Shown here: positions 1 through 13,000 of the stretch, piece by piece | How positions within the stretch are numbered: the first letter of the stretch is position 1 | Layout of the letters: every line of letters starts with the position of its first letter | Assembly (NCBI GenBank): GCA_051313645.2 | Contig: JBNRSN020000003.1 | Coordinates: 557,752,001-557,816,000 of the forward strand | Direction of reading: 5' to 3' | DNA from: Centroscyllium fabricii | Taxonomy: Eukaryota | DNA: 64,000 bases | The notes under the pieces: generated by a model | The model's database searches: none | Seen by the model: only the letters and a program-made list of their open reading frames with translations | What the model was told of the DNA's origin: nothing | Translations under genes and position numbers: made by a program

Positions 1-689
1 GGACAGGTTCTCTTTAGGGCAGCGCTTGGGACTGGACTTAGCAGACAATGATGTTAGCAAAGTGTTTCGTTTAGCTGTCAAAGAGAAAATATCAGTATTT
101 GAACAAGTGCATTGTAAAATTTATCATCAGCTGGGTTACTGCACTTTCCAGGAAAAGGACAGCAGCTGGGAGGCATTACAGATACTAGTGCGAACATTTT
201 TAAATGCCATTTTATTCTGCTAAATTATTTCCCAACTTCAGTCCCCAAGTATCTGCTGCTGACAGGGAAGCCAAGTGGCCGGTTTCCAGACTGCTAATAT
301 GTCCTACAGCTGGAGGCCAAGAGATACACCATTGACTTCGCTGATGTGGCTTTCCCAGCCCACTGCAGGGAGACACCACACTCTCTGTCACTACCTAGCA
401 CGGCTCAAGAGCTGGAATCGGGCCCATGTTCACCCCTCACTCCATCGCTCACTGCACTGCAGGACAAATTTTCAACAAAGTTTCAGACGTCATTACCATG
501 TTACAGTTAACCTCATCATGAAATCTAATTCTAGCAAGGCTTACTGAGGCAAATCCTAACTGTAAAGTCATATATTAGGACAATAAATTGGATGAAGATT
601 TTATTTTTCAGATTACTGATTCCATGACGAAGGAGGCCAAGATTTCATAATGTCCTAGTTTTTGCTGATTTTTTTATTTTATATAACTT

Positions 690-1385
690 ATATTTATATA
701 GTGCCTTTAACGTAGTAAAACGTCCCAAGGCACTTCATAGGAGTATTAAAAGACAAAAAAAGACACCGAGCCACATAAGGAGAAATTAGGGCAAGTGACC
801 AAAAGCTTGGTCAAAGGGGTAGGTTTTAAGGAGGAAAGTGAGGGAGCGAGGCGGAGAGGGAGCGAGGCGGAGAGGGAGCGAGCGCGAGGCGGAGAGGGTG
901 CGAGGCGGAGAGGGAGCGAGGCGGAGAGGGCGCGAGGCGGAGAGGGAGCGAGGCGGAGAGGGAGCGAGGCGGAGAGCGAGCGAGGCGGAGAGGGAGCGAG
1001 GCGGAGAGGGAGCGAGGCGGAGAGGGAGCGAGGCGGAGAGGGAGCGAGGCGGAGATGGCGCGAGGCGGAGATGGAGCGAGGCGGAGATGGAGCGAGGCGG
1101 AGAGGGAGCGAGGCGGAGAGGGAGCGAGGCGGAGAGGGCGCGAGGCGGAGAGGGAGCGAGGCGGAGAGGGAGCGAGGCGGAGAGGGAGCGAGGCGGAGAG
1201 GGCGCGAGGCGGAGAGGGCGCGAGGCGGAGAGGGAGCGAGGCGGAGAGGGAGCGAGGCGGAGAGGTTTAGGGAGGGAATTCCAGAGCTTAGGGCTCAGGC
1301 AACAGAAGACACGCCCACCAATGGTTGAGCGATTGTAATCAGGGTTGCTCAAGAGCGCAGAATTAGAGGAGCGCAGATATCTCGG
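690..1385 (-). mobile_element. L2-type LINE 3' fragment with an internal tandem expansion
   Basis: Minus-strand translation GGRVF...PKLWNSLP...LLKTY.FDQAF is the typical L2 ORF2 C-terminus. Confidence 0.7.
840..1264. repeat. 16-bp minisatellite (GAGGCGGAGAGGGAGC)n, about 26 copies
   Basis: Directly visible tandem unit with occasional point variants. Confidence 0.95.
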
Positions 1386-1677
1386 GGGGGGTATATAAAT
1401 ATAGTTGTCAACTCTGGTGACTGCAGTTGTATTTCATCCATCGGTAATACAATAGCAATGTCATGCAGTGTTCCAGAGTTTATTTGTGAAAACATCTAAG
1501 ATTCTCGTGGGAGTTGCACACCCACAGACAAGCAAGGCATGTTCATGCTGTTCTTTCATAAATGCACAAACTCCGAACAAAACCCATGAACACCCAAGCA
1601 AGTAATGCACTCATCTTTGTTTAAACTACTGTCATCATTACTGCCAACAGGGAAGCAGAAAATAAAATTAAAAAAAA

Positions 1678-2105
1678 GACTTGCATTTATACAGAGCCTT
1701 TCACGACCACCGGACGTCTCAAAGTGCTTTACAGCCAATGAAGTACTATTTGAAGCGGAGTCACTGTTGTAATGTAGGAAATGCGGCAGCCAATTTGCGC
1801 TCAGCAAGGTCCCACAAATAGTAATGTGATCATGACCAGATAATCTGTTTTAGTGATGTTGATTGAGGGATAAATATTGGCCAGGACACCGGGGAGAACT
1901 CCCCGGCTCTTCTTCAAATAGTGGCAGTGGGATCTTTTACGTCCACCTGAGAGAGCAGACGGGACCTTGGTTTAATGTCTCATCCAAAAGACAGCACCTC
2001 CGACAGTGCAGCACTCCCTCAGGACTGCACTGGAGTGTCAGCCTAGCTTTATGTGCTCAAGTCCCTGGAGTGGGACTTGAACCCACAACCTTCTGACTCA
2101 GAGAC
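1678..2105 (-). mobile_element. tRNA-derived DeuSINE (SacSINE1-like)
   Basis: B-box-like GGTTCAAGTCCC on the minus strand near 2075; Deu core GGTTTAATGTCTCATCCAAAAGACAGCACCTCC; L2-like tail. Confidence 0.7.
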
Positions 2106-2151
2106 GGTGTGCTCCTCATTCTTTGAATATCAGAGATTCACTCCATATATC

Positions 2152-2417
2152 TGTGATGAAATAATTGTGTTCTGGCCTTTGTATTGCTTGTTTGTACTTG
2201 TTAATATTCTGGAATGGTCTGCAGGTGTAACCACTGATGCTCCGCCCTAGCCCCACCCTTCTGGATTCCCCAGATGGGTGTGAGTCTTGCTCATAAGGGC
2301 TGGGTCGGTGACGAATGAAGGTTGCTCTGTGTTAACTCAATGCCATGTTCTAACTCAATAAAAGTCTTTAGTTTTAAGTTTAAACCTCTTGAATCCGGGT
2401 AGTCATTTGACACATCA
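2152..2417 (+). mobile_element. Solo LTR (266 bp)
   Basis: TG...CA termini, 5-bp TSD ATATC (2147-2151 and 2418-2422), AATAAA near 2358. Confidence 0.65.
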
Positions 2418-2953
2418 ATATCCCAAACATCTTTCTACACATTCTATCAGAGTGCATCTTGACCAAGTAAGTTCGGTACCAAGTGTGGAACTCAAACACA
2501 GGATTTCACTTTTCCCCCCCACTAGGAACCCTGGTTCTGGCTAGGCAAACAGCAGAAAGCTCACAAGGGCTCTTTGTCCTCAAAATAATCATTCCTGCAG
2601 CTGCCTCCACCTCCTTCCCACAGCCCTTAACCTCCCTAATTCTCCCACCAGCTCAGACTCAGGAACCTTTTTTTTGGCAGTTTCTCACCTATCTTGCCTC
2701 CTGTCCTCTCCAAGCTATCTCATCAATTGAGAAATACTTCATGCTCATTCCCATCCCCCTCAATTCCTGATCACAACTCCCTTTACTGACCCCCCCATTT
2801 TAGCTGATATTAATGATTTCCTTTCCCAAAACTTCCATCACCCCCTCTCATCTCCAACCTCCCTTTCCTTCCAAGATCCTTGAATGCATTGTCGTCTCCC
2901 AGCTTGTTGCTCTTCTCTGCTGAAGCACCTCCAGTCCAGCTTCCACCCTGCTC

Positions 2954-4150
2954 ACATAAGAACATAAGAAATAGGAGCAGGAGTCGGCCAATCGGCCCCT
3001 CGAGCCTGCTCCACCATTCAACAAGATCATGGCTGATCTGATCCTAACCTCAATTTTATTTTTACTCTCCACCCCGCCCAGACCAATGTGATCACCTGGG
3101 AGAGGTGAAAAACCAGATTAAAAAAACCAGTAGCCAATTTTGGAGAAAAAAAAAATCAGGAAAATTCCTCTCCGACCCATCTAGGCGATCGAAAACTGGT
3201 CCAGGAGATCACATGGCCGATCTGAACCTAGCCTCACGTCCACTTACCAGCCCGTTCACCATAACCCCTAATTCCCTTTAATTCCAGGAAATGGTCTATC
3301 TCAGTTTTAAATTTATTCAATGTAGTAGCTTCTACAGCTCTCTGGGGCAGCAAATTCCACAGCCGCACCACCCTCTGAGTAAAGAAGTTCCCCCTCATCT
3401 CAGTTTTGAAATGGGAGCCCCTTATTTTAAGATTATGCCCCCTAGTCCTAGTCTCACCCACCATTGGGAACATCCTCACCGCATCCACCCGATCCAGCCC
3501 TCTCACAATCTTATATATTTCAATAAGATCGCCTCTCATTCTTCTGAACTCCAATGAGTAGAGGCCCAATCCACTCAGCCTCTCGTCATATGTTAGCCCC
3601 CTCATCCCTGGAATTAACCTAGTGAACCTTCTCTGCACTGCCTCGAGAGCAAGTATGTCCTTTCTTAAATAGGGACACCAGAACTGCACGCAGTATTCCA
3701 GGTGTGGTCTCACCAATACCCTGTACAACTGCAGCAAGACCTCCCTGCTTTTATACTCAATCCCCTTAGCAATAAAAGCCAACATTCCGTTGGCCTTCCT
3801 TACCACCTGCTGCACCTGCACATTAACTTTCTGTGTCCCCTGCACCAGGACCCCCAGATCCCTTTGCACTGAAGTACTTTCCAGTTCCTTTCCATTTAGA
3901 TAATAACTCGCTCTATTATTTTTCCTGCCAAAGTGCATAACTTCACATTTTCCAGTATTATACTCCATCTGCCAAATCTCTGCCCACTCACTTAGCCTAT
4001 CTATGTCCTTTTGCAGGTTTTTAATGTCCTCCTCATTCATCACCCTCCCTCCCATTTTTGTGTCATCCGCAAACTTTGATATGTTGCACTTGGTCCCTTC
4101 TTCCAAATCGTTAACATAGATTGTAAAGAGTTGGGGTCCCAGCACCGACC
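2954..4150 (-). mobile_element. CR1 LINE, 5'-truncated (RT C-terminal half plus 3' UTR)
   Basis: ORF 3234-4145 with KFADDTK and RPHLEYCVQFW; ends in the shark CR1 tail (TTCTTATG repeats). Confidence 0.92.
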
Positions 4151-4980
4151 ATCACTGAAATGCAACAGCAAAAGTCACAAATGACATCCTTTTGTGACAG
4201 TGACCATGGTTAATTGTCCCTCCTTCACCCTTCTGCAATATTTAATGAGGTTGACTCTATCATCCTCTTCCAATGGCTCTCCTACATGTGTCTGTTCTTA
4301 TATTCCTATCTGAACATAAGAATGCATTTCCAGCAAATATTCTCTTCCCCGCCCTGCACCATGACCTTGGGAGTCTCTCAGCATCTCTGCCCCCTCCTCC
4401 TCCTTATCTGCATGTTGCCCCTTGGTGATATAATCTGCAGGCATGGGTCAGCTTTCATATGTACACGGAGGATACCCACCTCTACCTTGTCACCCCCTCT
4501 CCTGACTTGTTGATGGACTCCGTGCTATCAAACTGCTGGTCCATCATCAAATCCTGCATGAGTCACAGCTTCCCCAGCTCAACAGTGGGAAGACTGTAGC
4601 CATTGCCTTCGACTCAACACCACAAGCTCCACTCTCTTCCATTGACTCCATCTCCCTCCCAATTCCCAGATTGAACCATACTGTTAGCAATATTGACATC
4701 TTGCTCAACGCTGAGCTGAACTTTAAACCCATTTTTCATTCAACACCAAGACTACTTACCTCCACAACACAGCCCACTTCCCTTTGCCATTTGAAACCCT
4801 AGTACATGGTCTTGAGACTTCACCACTCTAACTCTTCACTTGCTGCCCTCCCATCCACCACTCTCCATAAAATCCAACTTGCCAAAACTGTGCAGCACAT
4901 ATTCTATCCACACACCCATCACCCTTATCCCTGCTGACCTACACTGGCTTCCTAGCCACATGCTTTAAATTAGCGTTCCA
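4150..4980 (+). mobile_element. Degraded L2 LINE RT fragment
   Basis: Degenerate L2 RT-like translation (VTNDIL, LPLGDIICRHG). Confidence 0.55.
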
Positions 4981-4999
4981 GATTTCTTTGTGGTTTGAA

Positions 5000-5225
5000 G
5001 CGCCAGCTTGGCTCAGTGGTCGCACTCTCAGCTTTGCGTCAGAACGTTGTGGGTTTAAGCTACATTATCTCATTCTAGTTTCTGGGATCTTACTGTGCAC
5101 AAACTGGATCTGCGTTCGCTTACACAACATGTGATTACACTTCAAAAGTAATTGATTGGCTGTGAAGCACTTTGAGACATCCTGAGGATGTGAAAGGCAC
5201 TATATAAACACAAGTTTTCTTCTTT
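5000..5225 (+). mobile_element. tRNA-derived SINE, internally deleted
   Basis: TGGCTCAGTGG A-box; tail shared with the 1678-2105 SINE. Confidence 0.6.
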
Positions 5226-5699
5226 CTTTCATTTACATTCTAATTCACACAAGTGGGTAATTATAATATATTAATTTTAGTATAATGCATTCTGAGGTCC
5301 ATGCAACATACACTCAGCTTTGGCCAATTTAAACATAGGAATTACGAGACGTAAAATGACCAAGGTCCAAAAAGTTAGTCTTCCACCATCCTGGTAGTCA
5401 CATGATACGAAATGGAGTTGTTACACAAGTTGTGCAGCATTAATAAGAAATTTGAGGTAAGGATTGTATTTAGGTGAGGACTACTATTGTGAAATTACAT
5501 TACATGTAAATCAACATTAAGATTTTATTAAAAAAATACACAATCAATCTTGAATTTTGCTCTTTGCCACTGTACTTTTGCCACGACTGACAGAAGCCAA
5601 TATGGGAAAAGTTGCTAGATAGGTTAACAAAAATGGAGAAGAACTGGTCAACAATCAAGTTTTTAAACATTTTCGAAGGGTTCACAGAAACATTCTTAC

Positions 5700-5873
5700 T
5701 TGGTGTAGAGGTGGGTGTCGACCTCCTATTTGAAGGGGGTACAGAAGACGATCTTTGTCCTGGGGGAGAACTACTGCCTTTTGATCTGGTTCGATCCTTA
5801 TACGAGTCCATAGACTGGCCTCGACTGTAGGTGGAGTCCACAAATTCTATAGTCTGTCTGCGATTCAAGAATT
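5700..5873 (-). CDS. MPHOSPH9: MPHOSPH9 exon (FLNRRQT...QRSSSVPPSNRRSTPTSTP)
   Basis: aaacag acceptor, gtaaga donor; 174 nt, phase 1-1; matches QRSSSLPPSNRKSSTP. Confidence 0.92.
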
Positions 5874-5992
5874 CTGTTTAAAACAAACAAATGAATGACG
5901 TTTCTATGTTTATCAGAGGGAATTTCATTTTTGAACCACTTTTTACAGCTTCCTCAATGACTGAGTTGTGAAACTGAGCCACACTGACCAGG

Positions 5993-6218
5993 AAGAACAT
6001 AAGAAATAGGAGCAGGAGTAGGCCAATCAGCCCCTCGAGCCTGCTCCGCCATTCAACAAGATCATGGCTGATCTGATCCTAACCTCAATTTTATTTTTAC
6101 TCTCCATCCCACCCAAACCCATGTGATCACCCGGGAGAGGCGAAAAACCAGATAAAAAACCCAGTGGCCAATTTGGGAGAAAAAATCTGGGAAATTCCTC
6201 TCCGACCCATCTAGGTGA
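5993..6218 (-). mobile_element. CR1 3' UTR fragment
   Basis: Closely similar to 2958-3190. Confidence 0.85.
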
Positions 6219-6884
6219 TGTTGTAGGTTTGGTCTCTGGTCTGTGTTCAGTTAGTAATCGTAGTCAGGTCACTACAGCGGACCTCTCTATTCCTGGATTA
6301 ACACTGTTCCTACCTACTACTCAGTTACCCTTGCTGGTAAGTGTGTGTACAGTATATGGACAATAACTAAGGAGAAGATCAGCTGTAATGCCCCCCACAT
6401 TTGAAAAGCCTGCCAAAATTTATTAGACACTCACTATCTAATCTTATAAGTGAATATTCAAAAGCAAGATTCCAGAGAGTTGGCAAAGCCGATGGAACTA
6501 TACCTCTACCCAGGGCGTGACAGAACCGCTTGCCTGGGGCAAGTAAAATGCGCCGCTGGGCAAGTAAATCAAAATCTTACTTGCCCGACTGGGCAAGTGA
6601 TCGAGGCCATGGGACCGGGTAGGTGGCCCCCTGCCCTGGAGGCGGGTGCGGATTGGCGGGGGGCCGGGCGCACCACGGCCAATGGGTTTTCAAATCTGCC
6701 CCGCCTGAGCTTGGCCAATCACAGCCCGGCAGTTTTCTCGTGCTCTGCCCTGCTCATGCTCGGCCAATCATAGCTCGCTCCGGCCACCCGCCGCCGCAAC
6801 ACCTCAGCGTCTCGCAGCAGTTCGAACCAGCAGTGAAGTGAGGCCAGCGTTTCCCTGGATTCGATCCCTCTTTCACGTAGGGGA

Positions 6885-7225
6885 GCCGGGGGGACTCGGC
6901 GGGCCGGGCAGCATCGGGGTGGGGGCGGCTCGGCGGGCCCGGCAGCATCGGGGCGACTCGGCGGGACCAGCAGCATTGGAGGGCGACTTGGCGGGATCGG
7001 TGGGGGTGACTCGGCAGGCCCAGCAGCATCGGGGGGGGGGGGGGGGGGGACACTCAGCGGGCCCGGCAGCATGGGGGGGGGAGGGGCTCGGCGGGCCCGG
7101 CAGCATCGAGGTGGGGGGGGGACTCAGCGGGCCCGGCAGCATCGGGGTTGGGGGGTGACTCGGCGACCCCGGCAGCATCGGGGGGGGCGGGGGGGTTGCT
7201 CGACCGGCTGGGCAGCATCGGGGGA
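6885..7225. repeat. GC-rich tandem repeat (GACTCGGCGGGCCCGGCAGCATCGGGGG...)
   Basis: About 10 variable units visible inside the hAT-like element. Confidence 0.85.
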
Positions 7226-7339
7226 GAGAGGTGTGGAGTCGACGTTTCGGGTTGGGATCCTTTGAGAGGCGCTGGTGTTCCCGCTCCTCCAGGCAGCTGG
7301 GAGTGTCCGAGCGCCGGGTTCAATCCCTTTGTGAGGTTC

Positions 7340-7550
7340 AGGGACACTGACACCCACAGACCGAACCCAACGACGCTGACACCCACAGAACGAATCCAGG
7401 GATGCTGACACCCAGAGACCGAATCCAGGGATACTGGCACCCAGAGATCAAATCCAGGGATGCTGACACCCAGAGACCGAATCCAGGGACACTGGCACCC
7501 AGAGATCGAATCCAGGGATGCTGACACCCAGAGACCGAATTCAGGGACAG
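7340..7550. repeat. 29-bp tandem repeat (CACCCAGAGACCGAATCCAGGGATGCTGA)
   Basis: About 6-7 copies visible. Confidence 0.85.
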
Positions 7551-8269
7551 TCCAGGGCACGACAAAACCGCTTGCCCACTCGATGATTGAGGCCACGGGC
7601 ACAGGTGGGTGGATCCCGCCCTGGAGGCGGGTGCGGAATGGCCGGCGGGGCTGGGCGGTGCGGCGGCGATTGTAGGAGGCGGTGTGTCAATCAGGGGACG
7701 GGGCAGCAGTCGGGTTAGGTGGAGCGGGCTGGTGGCGCATGGCAAGAGTGGGTCAATGCTGCCGACCCGCTGAGGGCGAAAAAAAAACCCGGAGTGGCTG
7801 CTGGACAAAGGTAGTCGGAGAGAGAGAGTGAGGGAGCCCGCGGCCTGCGGAGGCTTCACAGAAAGTTTGGTAAATGAGGGAAGAATGTTCAGAGTAGAGA
7901 GAGAGAGAGAGAGAGACCCTGGCAGAGAGGGGCAGAAACCGGGCCAATGCAACTAAAGGCACAATCACAATCTATGGCTTTATATTGAAGCATTTTAATA
8001 AAAATGTAAAAGCTTTATTTATTTCTTTAAAAATTTCAGGCAAGTGAAATTTGTGTTCGGGCAAGTGTTTTAAGTGAAAAACAATTTTTTTGTAGCACCC
8101 TGCTCTACCCCTAGCACAAGTCAATGCTTTCAGGAAGGAAGGAAGACAGTGAGAGAGTCAGAAAGCAAGAGCCTGTATACAAGAAACAGAGTGCGTAAGA
8201 GAGAACACAAGATATAGTCACTTCATACGGTATATTAAACAAAACAAACAGCCACATACAAAAATGTTA

Positions 8270-9065
8270 CACACAGAAATACACAGAAGTTATAACATGG
8301 AAACAGGCCAGTCGGCCTAACCAGTCCATGTTGGTACTTACCCTCCACACAGGCAAATAGTCCGAATCACATTTACCCACCTTATTCATATATCCCTTCA
8401 ACCCCTTTTCCTTCATCCAGCTCTCCAATCGAAACTTGAATGTTGACTGTTTCTGCCTCAGACACTAACCCTGGAAGTGAATTCCTCACAACTCTCTGTG
8501 TGAGGAAGTTTCTCGTGCCCTCTGTTCTAAATCTCTTACATTTAATCTTGTATCTATGGCCCCTTGTTCTTGACCCCTCAACTACTGGAAACAGTCTGCT
8601 TCTATCTACCCTGTTCCATCCTTTAAAACACTTCGATCATATTTCCCTGTAATGTATTTTTCCAACAAAAAAAGACCAAATTTTTCCAAGTCTTTCGTCA
8701 TATTTGTATTCCCTAATTCCAGGCAGCATCCTGGTGAATCTGCATTGTAATTTCCCTAAAGCTTCAACATCCTTCCTAGTGTGGAGCCGAAACGGCACAC
8801 AATACTCTAACTGAGAGCTCATTACAGTTTTATATATTCTCATTACCTCTTGCCTTTTATATTCTGTACGTCAAGACAAAACCTAGCTTTTTTACAGCTT
8901 TATCAACCCGAGGTGTTACCTTTAATGTCCTGTGAACCTGTCCCCACCAAATCATTCTGCTCTTCCACAACACCAAGCCTACTTCCATTCAGAGTATAAT
9001 TACTGCTGTGTTTTTACCAAAATGCATCATCTCAAACTTACTGACATTGAATTCCATCTGCTACT
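8270..9065 (-). mobile_element. Degraded CR1 3' fragment
   Basis: QLEYCV...RFTRMLPG translation; CR1 3' UTR motifs. Confidence 0.7.
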
Positions 9066-9405
9066 TTTTAGTCTATTTTGTATAATACACGGACAGAATA
9101 TTTAAGCTGCAACCAATGTGTTTATTATTACAATAGTGCTGTTCCAAATAATTTCCAAGGAATACTAAAAGCATCTCTCACAATGAGAGTAGGATATATT
9201 GACATGCATCAGGGGAAAGAATTCACACAGTAGTGTAAAAAAAAATAGAAATCCAAGTTATTGTAATATAATGACGTCCCAAGAAATCAAAGTTTTTTTT
9301 ATTGACCCTTAATGGATTTAGTTTTCAATCCAAATGTAGTTGGCCAAACAGCAACTAAAGTGCAGCAAGATGAGCAGAATAAAACAACAAAACAATGGGC
9401 CTTAC

Positions 9406-9584
9406 TTGTCCCATCACCTGCTTCTGAGGCATCATGTAATGGTGTTTGTACTCCCCAGCTTTCAGACACTTTTCTGGCATCAAGCTTTTTTAATGCTTTC
9501 AGAATGGGAGGAATTGGTTCCTCCAAACCATTTGAAGGGTCTTTCTGACTGCAGGGGCGATCCTTCTCTGGGGGAGAATGGTAC
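9406..9584 (-). CDS. MPHOSPH9: MPHOSPH9 exon (YHSPPEKD...PILKALKKLDARKVSESWGVQT...)
   Basis: cctag acceptor, gtaagg donor; 179 nt, phase 2-1; matches SPLEKD...PIMRALKELDEGKIFKNWGTQT. Confidence 0.92.
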
Positions 9585-10084
9585 CTAGGCAAAACAGCAA
9601 GAGAAAAAAGGGAGAAACAGAGTTAATGTTTCAGGTAGAAAAGGGGAGGTGAGGGGAAGATGTGTTTGGTGGTGGAATCACGTTGGAGGTGGTGGAAATG
9701 GTGGAGGATGATCCATTGAATGTGGAGGCTGGTGGGGTGAAAGGTAAGGACAAGGGGAACCCTATCGTGGTTCCGGGAGGGAGGGGCAGGGGTGAGCGCA
9801 GAAGTGCGGAAGATAGAACGGACATGATCAAGGGCCGTGTCAACCGCAGTAGAGGGGAATCCTCGGTTGAGGAAAAAGGAAGACACGTCAGAAGCACTGC
9901 TATGGAAGGTGGCATCGTCAGAGCAGATGCGATAGAGAGGGAGAAACTGGGAGAATAGGAATAGAGTCCCCTTTCAGCATTCCGAAGGGACCGCTCCCTC
10001 TGCAACACCCTGGTCCACTCCTTTCTCACCCCCAACACCCCTTCACCGGCACCTTCCCGCGCAAGCGCAGGAGATGCAACACAT

Positions 10085-13000
10085 TGTGGCGGCACGCCCA
10101 CTGGGACATCGAATCCGCCACGGGAACTCCACGGAGCAAAGCCCCGCTCATCCGGGTGACGCGACGACGTCACCACGTTGGCCGACGCGATGACGTCACC
10201 AACCGCGGGACTGTTTAAATACGATTGTTGCGAGTGGTTCACTCTCTTTCTTGTTTTGTTTAGTTGATTAAAGCTGTGTTTTCTCTAGCTCTGGCTCACG
10301 TGTGGTTCCTAGGCCCTGCCGGCGCTACAGTGGTGACCCCGAACTGGAACGACTTCCAGAGAAGAAAAGCTGCCGCAGGATCTGGGACCACCAGCCAAAG
10401 AACTTTTTAAATAAGAAAACATGGTAAACCCAAGGAACCAAGCTCCACGAACGCAAGGACTTGGCCAGAACGCCGGACGTGGACTAACTCTACCCGAGTT
10501 CTGGGAGCAACGGCCAGCGGCCTGGTTTATGTGCATCGAGACCAGCTGCCGCACACATGGCATCCAGGGGGACGACCGCTATGACCTGGTGTTCTCAGCC
10601 CTACCACAGACGACGATCGATCGGATGTGGTCAAAAATACAGCGTGTGCCCATCGCAGGCAGGTATGAATCACTTAAGGCCGCGCTCATAATTTTTTTTA
10701 CCCCCTCCCAATTTGAGCGCGACTGCCAGCTCCTCGACCTCCCCGAACTCTGAGACGCAGACCCATCGGACCTCTTAGGTCAGATGCAAGCGCTCACACC
10801 CAACCCGGCCTCCCTCTTCCGCACCGTCTTCCTCCTTAAGCTGCCCCGCGCCATCAGACCGGCCTTGGCGGCCCTTGGCCAACGGAGCGATGACGAGCTC
10901 GGAGAGGAAGCCGACAGGCTCATGGAGGCGCAGCGCACCCGCTCAACGTTCGACCCTAACTCCGCATCGGTAGAGCGCAGCCAATCACCCCCCAGGCATA
11001 ACTTTACGCCTGAACCTAGGGCCCCGCGCCCACCTAGGCAACCGCGTCCCTCTAGCACCGGCTGGTGCTACTACCACACGCGGTTTGATCATAAAGCGCA
11101 CCGCTGCGTCCAGCCATGCGCGTTCAAGCCACGGCCCAACTCAGCCCCCACCATGTCTGTAGGCCACACAGCACTGCTCTTTGCCACAGACAGCGGCACA
11201 GGCCTCAGGTTCCTCTGCGACACAGGCGCGCAGCACAGCATCGTGCCAGCCTCCCCTGCAGAAACCAAACAAGGCACCCGGGGCCCGCCACTAGCGGCGG
11301 CCAACGGCTCCAATATAAAAACGTACGGCACCCGCAAGCTTACAATTACCCTTGCAAGCCACGCGTACACCTGGGATTTTGTAACGGCCCAGGTCACATC
11401 GCCCCTCCTCGGGGCAGATTTCCTCTGCGCCTACGGCCTACTAGTCGACGTAACCCGGCGCCGCTTGGTCAACATAAATACTATGACGACCATCCCATGC
11501 TCCACAGGGCCCGCACTCCTGGCCCACGCGGCAGCCCAATGCCGCTCCCGGGACTCCGATGCCTACGGCACACTCCTGGCAGAGTTCCCCGCCCTAACCA
11601 ACCCCACGTTCACCGCCCGCCAGGCCAAACACGGGGTGGAGCATTTTATAACGACCACAGGCCCTCCCGTCCATGCCCACGCCCGTAGGCTCGACCCGGC
11701 CAAGCAGGAGATCGCGCGCACCGAGTTCCGCACCATGGAGCAACTCGGTATAATTCGCCACTCCAGCAGCCCCTGGTCCTCTCCGCTCCACATAGCCCCC
11801 AAGCCCGACGGAGGTTGGCGCCCCTGCGGCGACTACCGCCGCCTAAACAACGCCACCACCCCGGATAGGTACCCCGTACCCCACATCCAGGATTTTTCCG
11901 CCAGATTAGCGGGCTGTACGATCTTTTCCAAGATCGACCTGGTGCGTGGCTACCACCAGGTGCCGGTACACCCGGCGGACATTCCCAAAACGGCCGTTAT
12001 TACCCCCTTCGGGCTCTTCGAGTTCCTTAGGATGCCCTTCGGCCTTAAAAACGCGGCCCAGGCCTTCCAGCGCCTCATGGACTCAGTCCTACGGGACTTG
12101 AAGTTCATTTTCATCTATTCAGACGACATCCTCGTGGCCAGCACCTCCCCCCAGGAACACCTCCTGCACCTCAGGACCCTGTTCCAGCGCCTTACCGAAC
12201 ACGGCCTTATCCTAAGCCCCACCGAGTGCAAATTCGGCCTCGAGACCATTGACTTCCTCGGCTACCGCATTCCCCAAACAGGGGCCATACCCCTGCCCTC
12301 CAAGGTGCAGGCGGTACAGGAATTCCCCCGCCCGCACTCCATTAAAGGGCTGCAGGAATTTTTAGGCATGGTTAATTTTTATAACCGCTTTATCCCGGGA
12401 GCAGCCGCTCTCATGGCCCCCTTATACCAGGCCACCCGCGGGCAGTCCAACAAGGCTGCGGTCGAGTGGACGGCCGACGCCGCCACCGCCTTCACCGCAA
12501 CTAAAACCGCCCTGGCAAACGCCACCCTCCTAGCCCACCCTAGGCCCAACGCCAGAGTAGCCCTCACCACCGACGCCTCCGACCATGCGGTCGGGGCCGT
12601 ATTTGAGCAGTGGACCGGCAACTCGTGGCAGCCCCTGGCCTTTTTCAGCCGGCAACTCCGGCCCCCAGAGGTTAAATACAGCGCCTTCGATAGGGAGCTA
12701 CTCGCTCTCCATCTGGCAGTGCGACACTTTCGTTTCCTCTTGGAGGGCCGCCACTTCACAGCCTTCAGCGACCATAAGCCACTCACGTTTGCGATGGCTA
12801 AGGTCGCCGAACCCTGGTCGGCCAGGCAGCAGCGCCAACTCGTGGCCGTGTCGGAATTTACAACCGACATCCAGCACATTTCCGGCCGCGACAACGTGGT
12901 CGCTGACTGCCTCTCACGCCCCACCATTAACGCCGCCCAAATGGCGGTCGATTACGCCCAGCTGGCCGCGGACCAGCTGGCCGACCCCGACCTGCTCAAC

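Larger units (their letters stand above)
6511..8102. mobile_element. Non-autonomous hAT-like DNA transposon (about 1.6 kb)
   Basis: Imperfect TIRs CAGGGCGTGACA / TGTAGCACCCTG, flanking CTCTACC(C) duplication (7-8 bp), repeated subterminal GGGCAAGT motifs at both ends. Confidence 0.75.

Noticed and set aside
1-690. Next MPHOSPH9 exon (expected ...SPKRSPKENLSPGF...)
   Set aside because: No minus-strand frame here gave that motif with valid splice sites; the exon probably lies beyond the window
786-1352. Repetitive Arg/Gly/Glu and Pro/Ser ORFs
   Set aside because: Artefacts of a stop-free 16-bp minisatellite
6450-7968. Pro/Gly-rich ORFs in the hAT-like element
   Set aside because: They derive from GC-rich tandem repeats; no transposase motifs
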